Shown here: one piece after another, positions 10,941 through 20,676 of the stretch
Layout of the letters: the number at the start of each line of letters is the position of its first letter
How positions within the stretch are numbered: position 1 is the first letter of the stretch
Notes under the pieces: model-generated
Databases searched by the model: none
What the model was told of the DNA's origin: nothing
What the model saw: only the letters and a program-made list of their open reading frames with translations
Virus record (IMG/VR): IMGVR_UViG_3300044811_000050
Length of the DNA stretch: 64,000 nt
Source: a virus
Reading direction: 5' to 3' (one strand)
Position numbers and translations under genes: made by a program

Positions 10941-11323
10941 CGGAGCCGGGGCGCGCCCCATTCTTTGGCTGGGGAGCGGAAAGAATGGTGCAGGTCGCGC
11001 CCCGGCTCCGTCCTTCTGACCAGGGATGTTATAGAGCGGGCCGGTGTCTGGGCCAGGTCAGAATGCGCTTTGTGTGTCGAAATATGCCCGTTAGCGAACA
11101 CTCGGTCGGGGCGGCACCCACAAGGAGCTGCCCGCCGTGAGGAAGACCACCCGAATGGAGCCGTTTAGATGGAAGATGGAGCGGATTTGATCTGCCAAGA
11201 TCTTGGCGCGGGGAGGCACAGGCCAGGCACAGCGAGTTGGCCTACGCTGCTCCGCTGGAGCCGGGCTGGCGCCCCAATCTTCGCTGGGGAGCGGAAAGGT
11301 TGGCGTGGCTGCCGCCCGGCTCC
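10941..11323. ncRNA. non-coding region with two related long hairpins (10941-11010, 11257-11323)
   Basis: 15-bp and 10-bp perfect outer stems, covarying inner stems, identical apical GCTGGGGAGCG. Confidence 0.5.
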
Positions 11324-11420
11324 GCGCAGCTTCCATGGGAACCGTTCTACAGGCATGAATTTAGGGCAGGCATCTCCCCTGGGTGGTAGCCCCCGGGGTG
11401 GAAACTCCAGCTAGCATGTA

Positions 11421-11462
11421 CTGACGAAAACCCTTGTCGGTGTCAGGCTCACCGTGTAGTGT
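11421..11462 (+). promoter_or_regulatory. early promoter/operator, copy 3
   Basis: CTGACGAAAACCC-TTGTCG-17-TAGTGT; CTGAC-N16-GTCAG. Confidence 0.75.
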
Positions 11463-11503
11463 CGCACTTGACAGGCACCACCAAGACCGCACCGGAGGTC
11501 ATC

Positions 11504-12506
11504 GTGAGCACTCGCATCAACCACCGCCGTCAGGCCCGCAACCAGCTGAACCAGCTGGTCCGGGCGGGCGTGGTCACCACCCCCGCCCCCGTTGAGCTGA
11601 CCCAGCTGGAGCTGCGTCGGGGCAACCGGGCGCAGCCCATCCCGAGCCGCAAGCCGGAACACCGGGGCGGCCGGGCGGGCGAACGTCAGCGTTGGGAGCG
11701 TGACTGCGCCTGAGGCACGGTCAACCCGACACCAGGAGGGCGAGAGGTCATGTCTGGGCGCGACGAGGAACTCTCTCCGGCGGAGCGGCGCAAACGCCAT
11801 CTCATCGAGCGGTCCATCCAGCGGGCCCGGACCTGGGAGCGCGCGCCCCGCAGCGTCACCAAGCTGAACCGCGCCATCGAAGCCATGACCGATCTGCTGG
11901 ACCTGCTCGACCCCCTCGACGAGGAGGACGGGTAAGTAACCGGGCTTGGACCCGCTCGTTGTGCTTTATCGGACGCCTCGGAGGTGGAGTCGTGGACCAG
12001 TTGCCCCGTCGGGGACCAGGTGACTATTCCTTTCAACGGCTCACCTCCGAGGAGTCCACTTGGTGGGGCGTGGCGCGCTACAACCACGACAAGCCAGGAT
12101 GCTTCCTCGTGGATCGCTACGCCGATGACCGAGAGGCCGACAAGGCCGCCACCGCCCGGCCCCCGGTCACGGTCGACTGGCGTCACCCGTCCAACGGCCG
12201 GCGGGGCACCAGCACGGTCATCCCGCTGGTGATGCGCCGACGCGGCCAGGCCCGGTGGTACTTCGCGGCCACCGGCTGGGACGTGCCGCTGTGAGCTACC
12301 TGCCCCTGATCATCTTTCTGGGCTGCGTGGCGATGTTCGTCTACCGACTGGCCGACGGTCCCCAGCTGTGGGGCCCGGAGCGTGGCGTGCCGTTCTGCCG
12401 CCACCCGTTCGACCTGGCCCAGGGCCGGCGCTGGTGCTGCCCGCTATGCAGTACCGCGTTCGTGTTCGACGAGCGCGCGAACCGCTGGCTGCCGGAGCGG
12501 CGTTGA
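11504..12506 (+). CDS. four small genes (11504-11713 basic, 11750-11935, 11959-12294, 12291-12506)
   Basis: SD-led starts; start of the third gene is uncertain. Confidence 0.55.
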
Positions 12507-13847
12507 TCACGGGGCGACTTCCGAAGCGGGCCCGGTGTAGCCGGGCTTCGAGTTGTCGCTCATGCCCAGCATGTGCGGCACGTTGATCAGCTTGCAGTTG
12601 CTGATCGTGCCGCCGGTGGAGCCGTTATCGGCGCCGACCGCGTGGTCCAGACCGTCGCCGCCGGTGCCCTCGAACGTCGTGTCTTTGATCGTCCAGTTCT
12701 GCACGTCGTCGAACCAGACCGCCTGCGCGGCAACCCTGGTCTTGCAGTAGCACTTGCTGATCGTGATGTTGGTGGTGTGACCGGTGTGGTCACCATCCCC
12801 GGCGGACGAGTTCGGTCCTTCCGAGATGAGGGCCATGTTGTCGATGTTCTCCATCGAGCAGTTCTCGATCAAAATGTCGTGGGTGCGCGGGTCGCCCGCG
12901 TCCGTGGAGTAGTTCTGCATGGCGTCCGCGTGCGCGCCGGTGCTGTCATCGGTGTTCTTGAACGTGCAATGCCGGAAGGTCAGGAATGAGCCCCAGAACC
13001 GGCAGCAGTCACCGTCACCACCGGTAGGCCCGTCGATGACCACATTCTCGATCAGCATGTTGGTGCCCGTCACGGAGAGACCGGGCGCCGGGGGAGCCAC
13101 GATGTTGATGCTGTGGACCTCGATCCAGTCGCCGGTCAACTCCAGGCCGCCGATGGTGGAGTTACCGTCGCCCACGATCTTGATGGGGTTGCCGGACGCG
13201 CCGCTCCGGCTCATGGTGAGCGGGGTGGCTCCCAGGTTGCCCGATAGGAAGATCACGGAACCAGCATTGGCGGCGTTGAGCGCGGTCTGGGCCGCGCTCG
13301 CGGAAGTGGCCGTGACCGTGACCCCGGTCGGGGCCGGCGCCGGACGGACCGCGCCGGGGGAGTAGTCGCCACCGCCGCCAGCCGGTGGTCCACCGGGGGT
13401 GGTGCCGGGACTGCCGGGGTCACCGACCGGGGGAGCCGGCGCGATGTAGGGCAGGCCCGCCTCGGCTTTGCCGGACGGCTCGGACTCCACGCCGCCGACC
13501 AGAGCCGTCACCCAGTAGTGGTAGGTGCGCAGCTCGGCCGGGGCACGCGTCGTGGCGGTAGTGGTCAGCGCGGTAGCACCGACGACGCCAGTCAGAGCTT
13601 GATCTTCGTAGAGCTTGTAGGACGTGGCGCCCGGGAACCTGTCCCAGGTCAGCGCGATCGAGTTGTCGCTGTTGACCACGGCCTGCATGTGCTTCGGCCC
13701 GTTGGTGATCACTACGCCGTTCACGTCGTGCCAGGCGGTGCCATCGGAGATCAGCAGTAGCCGGCCCAGGTCAAGGTCGACGTAGGCGACCCCGTTCTGG
13801 GGACTCGGCCGCTGGGCGGTGGTGCCGCTGGGAAAGATCACGACCAT
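12507..13847 (-). CDS. FN3 + right-handed beta-helix (pectate-lyase-like) depolymerase
   Basis: N-terminal SGTTAQRP module, FN3-like domain, Pro/Gly linker, beta-helix repeats with HADAMQ and ILIENC. Confidence 0.75.
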   Translation of the reverse strand: MVVIFPSGTTAQRPSPQNGVAYVDLDLGRLLLISDGTAWHDVNGVVITNGPKHMQAVVNSDNSIALTWDRFPGATSYKLYEDQALTGVVGATALTTTATTRAPAELRTYHYWVTALVGGVESEPSGKAEAGLPYIAPAPPVGDPGSPGTTPGGPPAGGGGDYSPGAVRPAPAPTGVTVTATSASAAQTALNAANAGSVIFLSGNLGATPLTMSRSGASGNPIKIVGDGNSTIGGLELTGDWIEVHSINIVAPPAPGLSVTGTNMLIENVVIDGPTGGDGDCCRFWGSFLTFRHCTFKNTDDSTGAHADAMQNYSTDAGDPRTHDILIENCSMENIDNMALISEGPNSSAGDGDHTGHTTNITISKCYCKTRVAAQAVWFDDVQNWTIKDTTFEGTGGDGLDHAVGADNGSTGGTISNCKLINVPHMLGMSDNSKPGYTGPASEVAP

Positions 13848-13856
13848 GATTCGTCC

Positions 13857-15362
13857 TTAGGAATGGCTGCACAGCAGGCTCTTCAGCTCGACGGAGAAAT
13901 AGTCGGTGGCGGACACCCCGGAGGTGTAGCCGGACGCGGCCTGGGCGTAGCACCCGACCTTGAAATAGCTCCCTGTGCCGTACCCGGGGTGCCCGGAGTA
14001 CTTCTGCACCCCGTTGATCTTGACGGTGACCGTGCCGCTGACCACCTTGACCTCCCAGGCGATGTCGGTGCCCTTGACGTAGCCGGTGAGCAGCGGGGAG
14101 GACTGCTTGACGCCCTGGATCGACAGCATGACGTTGCCGCCCTCCACCCGGAGCTGGAGATTGTCATCGGACGCGTTGTGGATCTGGGCGATGCAGACCT
14201 CGTCCTTGGTGGAGGTGCCGTGGGTGACCCGGGTGACCCCGGACAGCAGATGGGTCCCGGAGGCGGCATCCCAGGCCGCCTTGGTGGTCCCGTCGGAGTT
14301 GTACTCGCGCAATTCGCTACGCGGGTAGTGGGTGTTGGTTGAGGTCTTCCCGCCGTCGCAGTAGACCCCGAGTTTCACCGCCGTGTTGGCCTGCGCCCGC
14401 TCGAAGTAGAACGCCCTCGTGTAGCCGCCGACCAGCTGGGCCACGGTGATGTCGACGTGGTTGGAGCCCTCCGCGTCGCCGGAGTGGAACCCGATGCCCT
14501 CGTTCCACCAGCCGCCGTTGGCCGCGCCCTTGCCGTTGATGTTCAGCACCTCGGCCGGGGTATTCCCGGTGGGCGGTGGCGGTGGGCCGCCACCCGGGGG
14601 AGTGACGACGCCACCCGGCGAGACGTAAGGCAAGATCGCTTCAGCCTTGTTGGTGGGGTCACTCTCGACGCCCGCGACCAGAGCCGTCACCCAGTAGTGG
14701 TACGTCCGCATGGTGCTCGGGGTCCGCGTGGTGGTGGTGACGGTCAGCGCGTCGGCCCCGGCCACCCCGGTGAGGCTCTGATCTTCGTAGAGCTTGTAGG
14801 ACGCGGCACCGCTCTTGGCATCCCAGCTCAATGTGATCGAGTTGTCCGAGTTCACCACGGCCCGCATGTTGCGCGCGGCGTTGGTGACCGGTTGGCCCAT
14901 CGCGTCGCGCCAGGTGGCGCCATCGGCGATGATCAGCACCTTGCCGAGATCCGTGTCTACGTAGGCCGAGCCCACGTCGGGGGTGGGCCGTTGCGCGGTG
15001 GTGCCACTAGGAATGATCACGATGGTGGCCGACGGGTTGCTGGGACCCCCGTCGTTCCCCCCTCCTGGGGTGGTGGAGTCTGTGCCGACGATTTCCAGCA
15101 GGTTGTTCTCGTGCAGCTGAGCCGTGGCCTGGGTACGGAGCCCCGAGGGAAGATCTACATTCACCAGCACCCAGGGCTTGGCCAGGACTCCGGTGAGCTG
15201 GGAAGCGTCGGCGACCCAGATCCGGCATCGGCGCGGCAGCCGGTTGTTGTCGACCCAATCGTCCGCGTCCGAGAGCCGGAGGCTGATGATCGGGATGGTG
15301 TAGCTGAAATCGGTGCGCGCGGTGGCGAACATGGCTTGCTTGTCCGCGTCGCTCATCGCCAT
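13857..15362 (-). CDS. FN3 + polysaccharide lyase family 7 (alginate-lyase-like) protein
   Basis: the three PL7 signature motifs: RSELRE, QIH, YFKVGCYAQ. Confidence 0.85.
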   Translation of the reverse strand: MAMSDADKQAMFATARTDFSYTIPIISLRLSDADDWVDNNRLPRRCRIWVADASQLTGVLAKPWVLVNVDLPSGLRTQATAQLHENNLLEIVGTDSTTPGGGNDGGPSNPSATIVIIPSGTTAQRPTPDVGSAYVDTDLGKVLIIADGATWRDAMGQPVTNAARNMRAVVNSDNSITLSWDAKSGAASYKLYEDQSLTGVAGADALTVTTTTRTPSTMRTYHYWVTALVAGVESDPTNKAEAILPYVSPGGVVTPPGGGPPPPPTGNTPAEVLNINGKGAANGGWWNEGIGFHSGDAEGSNHVDITVAQLVGGYTRAFYFERAQANTAVKLGVYCDGGKTSTNTHYPRSELREYNSDGTTKAAWDAASGTHLLSGVTRVTHGTSTKDEVCIAQIHNASDDNLQLRVEGGNVMLSIQGVKQSSPLLTGYVKGTDIAWEVKVVSGTVTVKINGVQKYSGHPGYGTGSYFKVGCYAQAASGYTSGVSATDYFSVELKSLLCSHS

Positions 15363-15386
15363 GGATCGCCCCTGGTGCTCGCCCGT

Positions 15387-15425
15387 CCCTCACCCCTTAG
15401 CTGGAGTCACTCGTGGTCGGGCAGG
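15387..15425 (-). promoter_or_regulatory. late-promoter-type motif driving the lyase pair
   Basis: minus strand CCTGCC...AAGGGGTGAGGG; matches the motif upstream of the structural genes. Confidence 0.55.
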
Positions 15426-15457
15426 CATCCCGGTGGGCGCGCCGATCTGAAACTAGG

Positions 15458-15499
15458 CTGACGAAACCCCTTTGTCATGTCAGGGTTGGATGCTACTGT
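15458..15499 (+). promoter_or_regulatory. early promoter/operator, copy 4
   Basis: CTGACGAAACCCCT-TTGTCA-16-TACTGT; CTGAC-N16-GTCAG. Confidence 0.75.
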
Positions 15500-15538
15500 C
15501 GTGTCTGTAACCACCAGACCGCACCGGAGGTCCCCCCG

Positions 15539-16633
15539 ATGGCGACAGCCACCCGCAAGCGCAGCAGCAAGCCCCAACTGAGTGAGGCCGAGAAGGCCGA
15601 GCGCGACGCCGCCCGCGAGGCGCAGGTCGCCGAGATCAAGGCCCGCTTCGACGAGCGGCTCGCTCGGATCGCCTCTAACCCCGACGAGTGGGTCACCTTC
15701 CTGGACACCGTGGCCCACTTCGGCGCCCGCTACTCCATCGGCAACCAGATGCTGCTGCTGTGGCAGGCCGAGGATCGGGGCATCGACCCGCAGTACTTCC
15801 TGCCCTACGGCTACGCGCCGTGGATCACCGACCCGAAGACCGGTCGCCGGACCGGGCGGGGCAAGGGCACCTCCGGTTGGCTCAAGGCCGGCCAGCAGGT
15901 CCGCAAGGGCGAGCACGGCTACATGATCTGGGCCGGCTACCCGGTCTGGATGAACGCCGAAGAGATCGCCGCCGCGCTGGGCGCCGGCAAGAAGCTGTCC
16001 TTCGACGACAAGGGCCGGGTGCGCAAGATGACCGGCTTCAAGATCGAGCGGACCTTCGAGCTGGGCCAGACCGAGCAGATCGACCCGGCCGCCGCGCCGT
16101 TCCAGGTGCCCACCGTCCAGCGCCGCCGGATCCAGCGGGTCGGCGGTGGCCAGCCCGAGCTACTCACCGGCGAGGACCCGACCCACGCGTTCGATGACGT
16201 GGTGAAGCTGATCATCAACCAGGGCTTCTCGTTCCACCTGGTTGACCCGGGCACCGGCCCGCTCAAGGGTCACCCGGCTGCCAACGGCGTGGCGGACTTC
16301 GGCGCCCGCGCGGTCGGGGTGCGCAACGACGTGTCCCCCGCGCAGCAGGTCAAGACCGCGCTGCACGAGCTGGCGCACATCCTGCTCGACCACGCGGCCC
16401 GCCCCGACGCCTCCCGGGGTCAGCGGGAGTGCGAGGCGGAGTCGGTGGCGCACATCGTGTCCGCCGCGCTGGGCCTGGATACCACCGCCTACACCGACAA
16501 CTACGTGCTCGGCTGGGCCGGCGGCGACATGGAGATCGTCAAGACCACCGCGTCCCGGGTGATGTCGGTGGCCAAGAAGATCCTCGCCGAGCTGGACCCG
16601 GGCGAGTCGGTTGATGAGGAGGTCGCGGCATGA
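15539..16633 (+). CDS. ArdC-like ssDNA-binding / zincin metallopeptidase anti-restriction protein
   Basis: YSIGNQMLL, W...GQQVRKGEHG, HELAH motif followed by ECEAESVAHIV; SD-led ATG at 15539. Confidence 0.8.
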   Translation: MATATRKRSSKPQLSEAEKAERDAAREAQVAEIKARFDERLARIASNPDEWVTFLDTVAHFGARYSIGNQMLLLWQAEDRGIDPQYFLPYGYAPWITDPKTGRRTGRGKGTSGWLKAGQQVRKGEHGYMIWAGYPVWMNAEEIAAALGAGKKLSFDDKGRVRKMTGFKIERTFELGQTEQIDPAAAPFQVPTVQRRRIQRVGGGQPELLTGEDPTHAFDDVVKLIINQGFSFHLVDPGTGPLKGHPAANGVADFGARAVGVRNDVSPAQQVKTALHELAHILLDHAARPDASRGQRECEAESVAHIVSAALGLDTTAYTDNYVLGWAGGDMEIVKTTASRVMSVAKKILAELDPGESVDEEVAA

Positions 16634-16857
16634 GCATCCTGGTGATGGCCATCAGCCAACTCTTGGCGGCCTTCGGGGGGCTTGTCGTCTCGATCATCTT
16701 GGTGGATGAGGGCAAGCTGCCCGAGTTCTGGGGCCCGGTGGGGGTGCCCACGATCGTCTTCCTCGTCGGGGCGATCGTCGGCATGTTGATCGGATCGGCT
16801 ATTGAGGCCGTGATCGCCAAGTTCTGGCTGCATAAGTTCTGGGGGAAGAACGACTGA
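16630..16857 (+). CDS. small two-TM membrane protein
   Basis: ATGA overlap, two hydrophobic helices. Confidence 0.65.
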   Translation: MSILVMAISQLLAAFGGLVVSIILVDEGKLPEFWGPVGVPTIVFLVGAIVGMLIGSAIEAVIAKFWLHKFWGKND

Positions 16858-16864
16858 CCGACCG

Positions 16865-16895
16865 GCGGCGGGGGTTTCCGAGCCCCCGCCGCTTT
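16865..16895 (+). terminator. intrinsic terminator-like hairpin
   Basis: GCGGCGGGGG/CCCCCGCCGC stem followed by TTT. Confidence 0.6.
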
Positions 16896-16929
16896 CCCGC
16901 CCGATTGACTCGACCGCACCGGAGGTCCG

Positions 16930-17558
16930 ATGAGCGCCCACACCTACGCCCTACGCGGGCCCTGTCACAACTGCCCGTTCCGCAATGATCGCTTCTTTTA
17001 CCTGGGTACCGACCGGGCCCGTCAGATTGCCCGCACCATTCGTTCCGGCGGCTCGTTCTCCTGCCACAAAACCACCGAGTACCAAGAGATCGACGAGAAC
17101 GGCAACGAGGACATGGTGGCCACCTCGAAGAGCAAGTCTGCGGCGGGGTACTGGCCACCCTGGAACGCGAGGGTCAGCCGAATCAGATCATGCGCATCGC
17201 CGACCGGCTGGGCCTCTACGACCCGACCAAGCTGGACCCGGACGCGCCGGTGTTCGACTCGCTGGACGAGTGGCTGGCCCAATACGACGAGGACGTGCCG
17301 ACCGTGACCGACCCGGAGACCGGCGAGACCGTGCCCTACGACCATTGCGAGGTGGTCGCTGAGGACTGCGAGGACCCGGCCGGTTACGCGGCGGGTGGCG
17401 GCGCCTACCGCTCGGCCGACCCGCCGACCTGCAACCCGCTAGAGGACGTGTGCGCCGGCTGCGGCCGGATGGCCTGCGCCTCGTGTCGATCCGATCAATG
17501 GGACGACGAGATCAAGCTCTGCGTCGTCTGCGCGGCCGACGAAGACCCGGAGGACTGA
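16930..17558 (+). pseudogene. Cys-rich protein split by a 1-nt frameshift near 17137 (pseudogene or sequence error)
   Basis: PCHNCPFR..FSCHKT in one frame continues as CGGVLATLEREGQPNQIMRIADRLG in another. Confidence 0.6.
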
Positions 17559-17561
17559 ACC

Positions 17562-20500
17562 GTGACCATCGACCAGGCCCGCGCGGCGATCGGCCGGCGG
17601 GTGATCTACCGCCCCGGCTATGCCGAGGCCCCGCCGGAATATGGCGTGATCACCAGCGTGAACACCAAGTACGTGTTCGTCCGCTACGGCTCGGCCGTGC
17701 AGTCGGCGGCTACCGACCCGACAGATTTGGAGCTGGACTCATGACCGAGCTGCTGCCGCGCTACTACCTGGCCCACGACACCCCCGCCGGCCCGCGCTAC
17801 GCCTACCCCACCCCGAAGCTGCCGGAGCTGAAGCAGTTCGGGTACTCCTGGAGGGGCGACGTGGAATGGGTGCCCACCCCGGACGCCGCGATCGAGGTGG
17901 GCGACAAGTGGATCATCTCGGACACGATGCTTCAGGTCGTCACCGCAACCTGGCGGCCGACCCCCGCGCGGGGCGACTGGACAAAGCGCCCTGAGCCGCC
18001 CGAGGGCGAGATCGAACGGAAGTTCTGGGAGTTGTCCATGGTCACTCCACTCGCCGAGGACGTGGAGCACTACGGCGGCTACGGCTGTGACTACGACAGC
18101 TGCCTGCGCTGCCGGACCCTGCGGGTGGTCTATTACCGCCCGGAGATCGAGCAGCCACTAGAGCGCCGCCCCTTCGACCTGTCCACCTGGCTGCCGCTGC
18201 CCGGCGAGCTGGAGCCGGACCAGGAGAGCACCTGGGTGGTCGACGACGACAGCCTGACGGCCATCTACGGGACGCACACCGCGCACCTGTGGCCCGGTCG
18301 CCTGATGGGCCTGCGGGACGCGGTGTATCACACCCTGAAGGGGGATCCCCGGGTCTCCCACGTCTGGACCTCCGCCGCCGGCCAGGTCCCGCGCGGGCAC
18401 CTGGAGGTGGTGGTCCCGATCGCCTGGGAGGCCCCGCGTACGGCCCTGGTGGACCGCTACGGCGTTCGTGGCCGCAAGCTGCGGGGCAAGGAACGGGTGC
18501 CGCGCACGATCGCACACAGCGAGCACACCACGCTGCTGGTCCCCGAGGGGCTGCACGCGGCCACCAAGAATCAGGCCCTGGACGCCTGGGCCGACGCGAT
18601 CGACGCCTGGGTGGATCGGTTCATCCCTGGGCCCCGGGTGGTCGCTTGCGATGCCTGCGACGGGCACGGTTACAAGATCGACAACCGAGAGGACCAGAAA
18701 TGATCGAATCGCGGAGCCCCGTCGAGCTTGTGCTGAGCACGGGCGGCGCGTTCGCGCCGGAGACCGGGCTGGTCGAGGCCGCCACCAAGCTGGGCGTCGC
18801 CGACCCGGAGAAGCTCGGCGACTGGCTCCGGCTGGTCAGCACGGCGGTGGAGGTCGAGACCTACAACCGGGTGGCCCAGCTGGTCGCCGAGCAGCAGAGG
18901 GACGGGGTGTTGCCGGCCCGGGACTTCCTGGTGGTGATCCTCAACTGGCTGACCGTCGCCCAGGAACGGGCCACCGCCGGGGCGTTCACCATCGGCCTGG
19001 GCGAGCTGGCCGACGCGTTCAAGGACGGGAGGACCAAGCCGTGACCGTGCAGGAGAACTTCCCGCGCCCGGAAACGGGCTCAGAGCGATTCTCCCGGCTG
19101 CTCGGCCAGGGCAAGGAGAAGTGGCGGGCCAAGCGCGAAGAGCGCCGCCACGGCCGGCTGTGGGCCAACGCGGAGGGTTTTGAGGACCTCTGTGAGCTGA
19201 CCGCCCAGTTCTGCGAGGGCCTCTTGAGCTTCACCCCGGACCACGGCGGGCCGCGCGAGCAGGAGACCGAGGAGATCGCCGACGAACTGGCACATGCCAA
19301 TAGAGCGGGTTTCCTCACCACGAACTCCCAACCGGGGGAGACAGCTGCCCCGGAAGAGGGCTACTACGAGCAGCGCGCCTGGGTGGAGGGTTTCGCCCAG
19401 GAGGACGTGGCGGAGCGGCTGGAGCGGCTGGTGGGCCGGACCCGACTGGTCATCCAGGCGCGACGGATGCACCGCTGGCGCGGTCAGCGGGTGCTCAACC
19501 AGGACGAGGTGATCACTCGGGATGCCCACCATGAGTACACCGGCATCGGCCGGCTGCCCTCGCAACACAACGTGCGTTCCGGGATCAGCTTCGGCGGCAT
19601 CTGCACCCGTAACGCGGTCAGCGAAGTTGCCGATTCCTACTCTGTTTTGATCTATGACCCGAAGTGGGGCGCCAACCGGCTGCTCTGGGACACCCTGGCC
19701 CGGCTCTGAAGGGGATATGAACCGTGCGGCTCTACCTGATGACCGGCAAGCGCGAGGCGCCCCCGCCGGACTTGCTCAATCCGCCGGCCTGGGTTGGCTA
19801 CGCCCTGGAGGGGTACAGCACCCCGGTCGCGCGCCTGCTGGCCGCGCGAGATGCCGTAGCGGAGTGCGGGCGCTACGTCCGCCAGGGCCGGAGTCGGGAG
19901 CTGATGGGTCTGCTCTGGGTCAAGCTGCGGCGCCGCTTCCGCCGCAAGGCTCGGCCGTGCTGCACGCACGCCTGGGAGTTGGGGCGCAGCCAGAAGCCGT
20001 TCGACATGAACGGCTGGCCCGCCGGCTACCACGAGTACTGCGCCGGCTGCGGGCTCCTGCTGCGCACGGTCACGGCCCAGTCGTGACCGTGCCGTCGGAG
20101 CCGCCGGCCTTACCCCTGTTCAGGGTGCGCTCGCTGGACGAGGAGGCCCGCTGCGAGCGGCTCAACTCGGTGGCCACCGTCGCGCTGGTGGTGCCGTTGG
20201 TCATCGTCGGGGACATGTTCTGGGACCAAGGCGACTGGCTCTCCGTGGCCATGGTCGGGGTGCCCGCGATGGGCAATCTGTTCGGCGTGCTGATCCGGGA
20301 GAGATCCGTCTTCCCGTTGGTCGTCAAGTCGAGCAGGCAGCGCAAGTGGAGGAGGCCCACATGAAGATCACGCTGGAGGCCAAGGACTACGACGAGATCC
20401 GGGACGAGGCCCGGGGCAACATTCCGTTCGTGCCCACCAACGATCAGATCGACGCGGCGCTGGCCGCTCACCCAGAGCTGTTCGGTCTGGCCGTCGCCTG

Positions 20501-20567
20501 GGGTTGGGGCGACACCGAGGTGCGCGAGCTGCTGTGCGCGGCGCTGGAGAAGCTGGTCCGGGTATGA
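17562..20567 (+). CDS. seven hypothetical genes (17562-17744, 17741-18703, 18700-19044, 19041-19709 DUF6919-like, 19724-20086, 20083-20364, 20361-20567)
   Basis: coupled ORFs; 19041-19709 contains NRAGFLTTNSQPG...QRAWVEGF. Confidence 0.6.
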
Positions 20568-20676
20568 CCAAGGATCGGTTCGCCGGGCACACCTGGCGGG
20601 AGCTGGCCGCGCACGTGTACCGGCGGCTGCGCCACATCCACTACCGGCGCCGCGCCCGGCGCATCCTGCGTCGTCG

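Noticed and set aside
10889-11414. Short ORFs in the 10.9-11.4 kb gap
   Set aside because: No SD, atypical codon usage, and they overlap strong hairpins.
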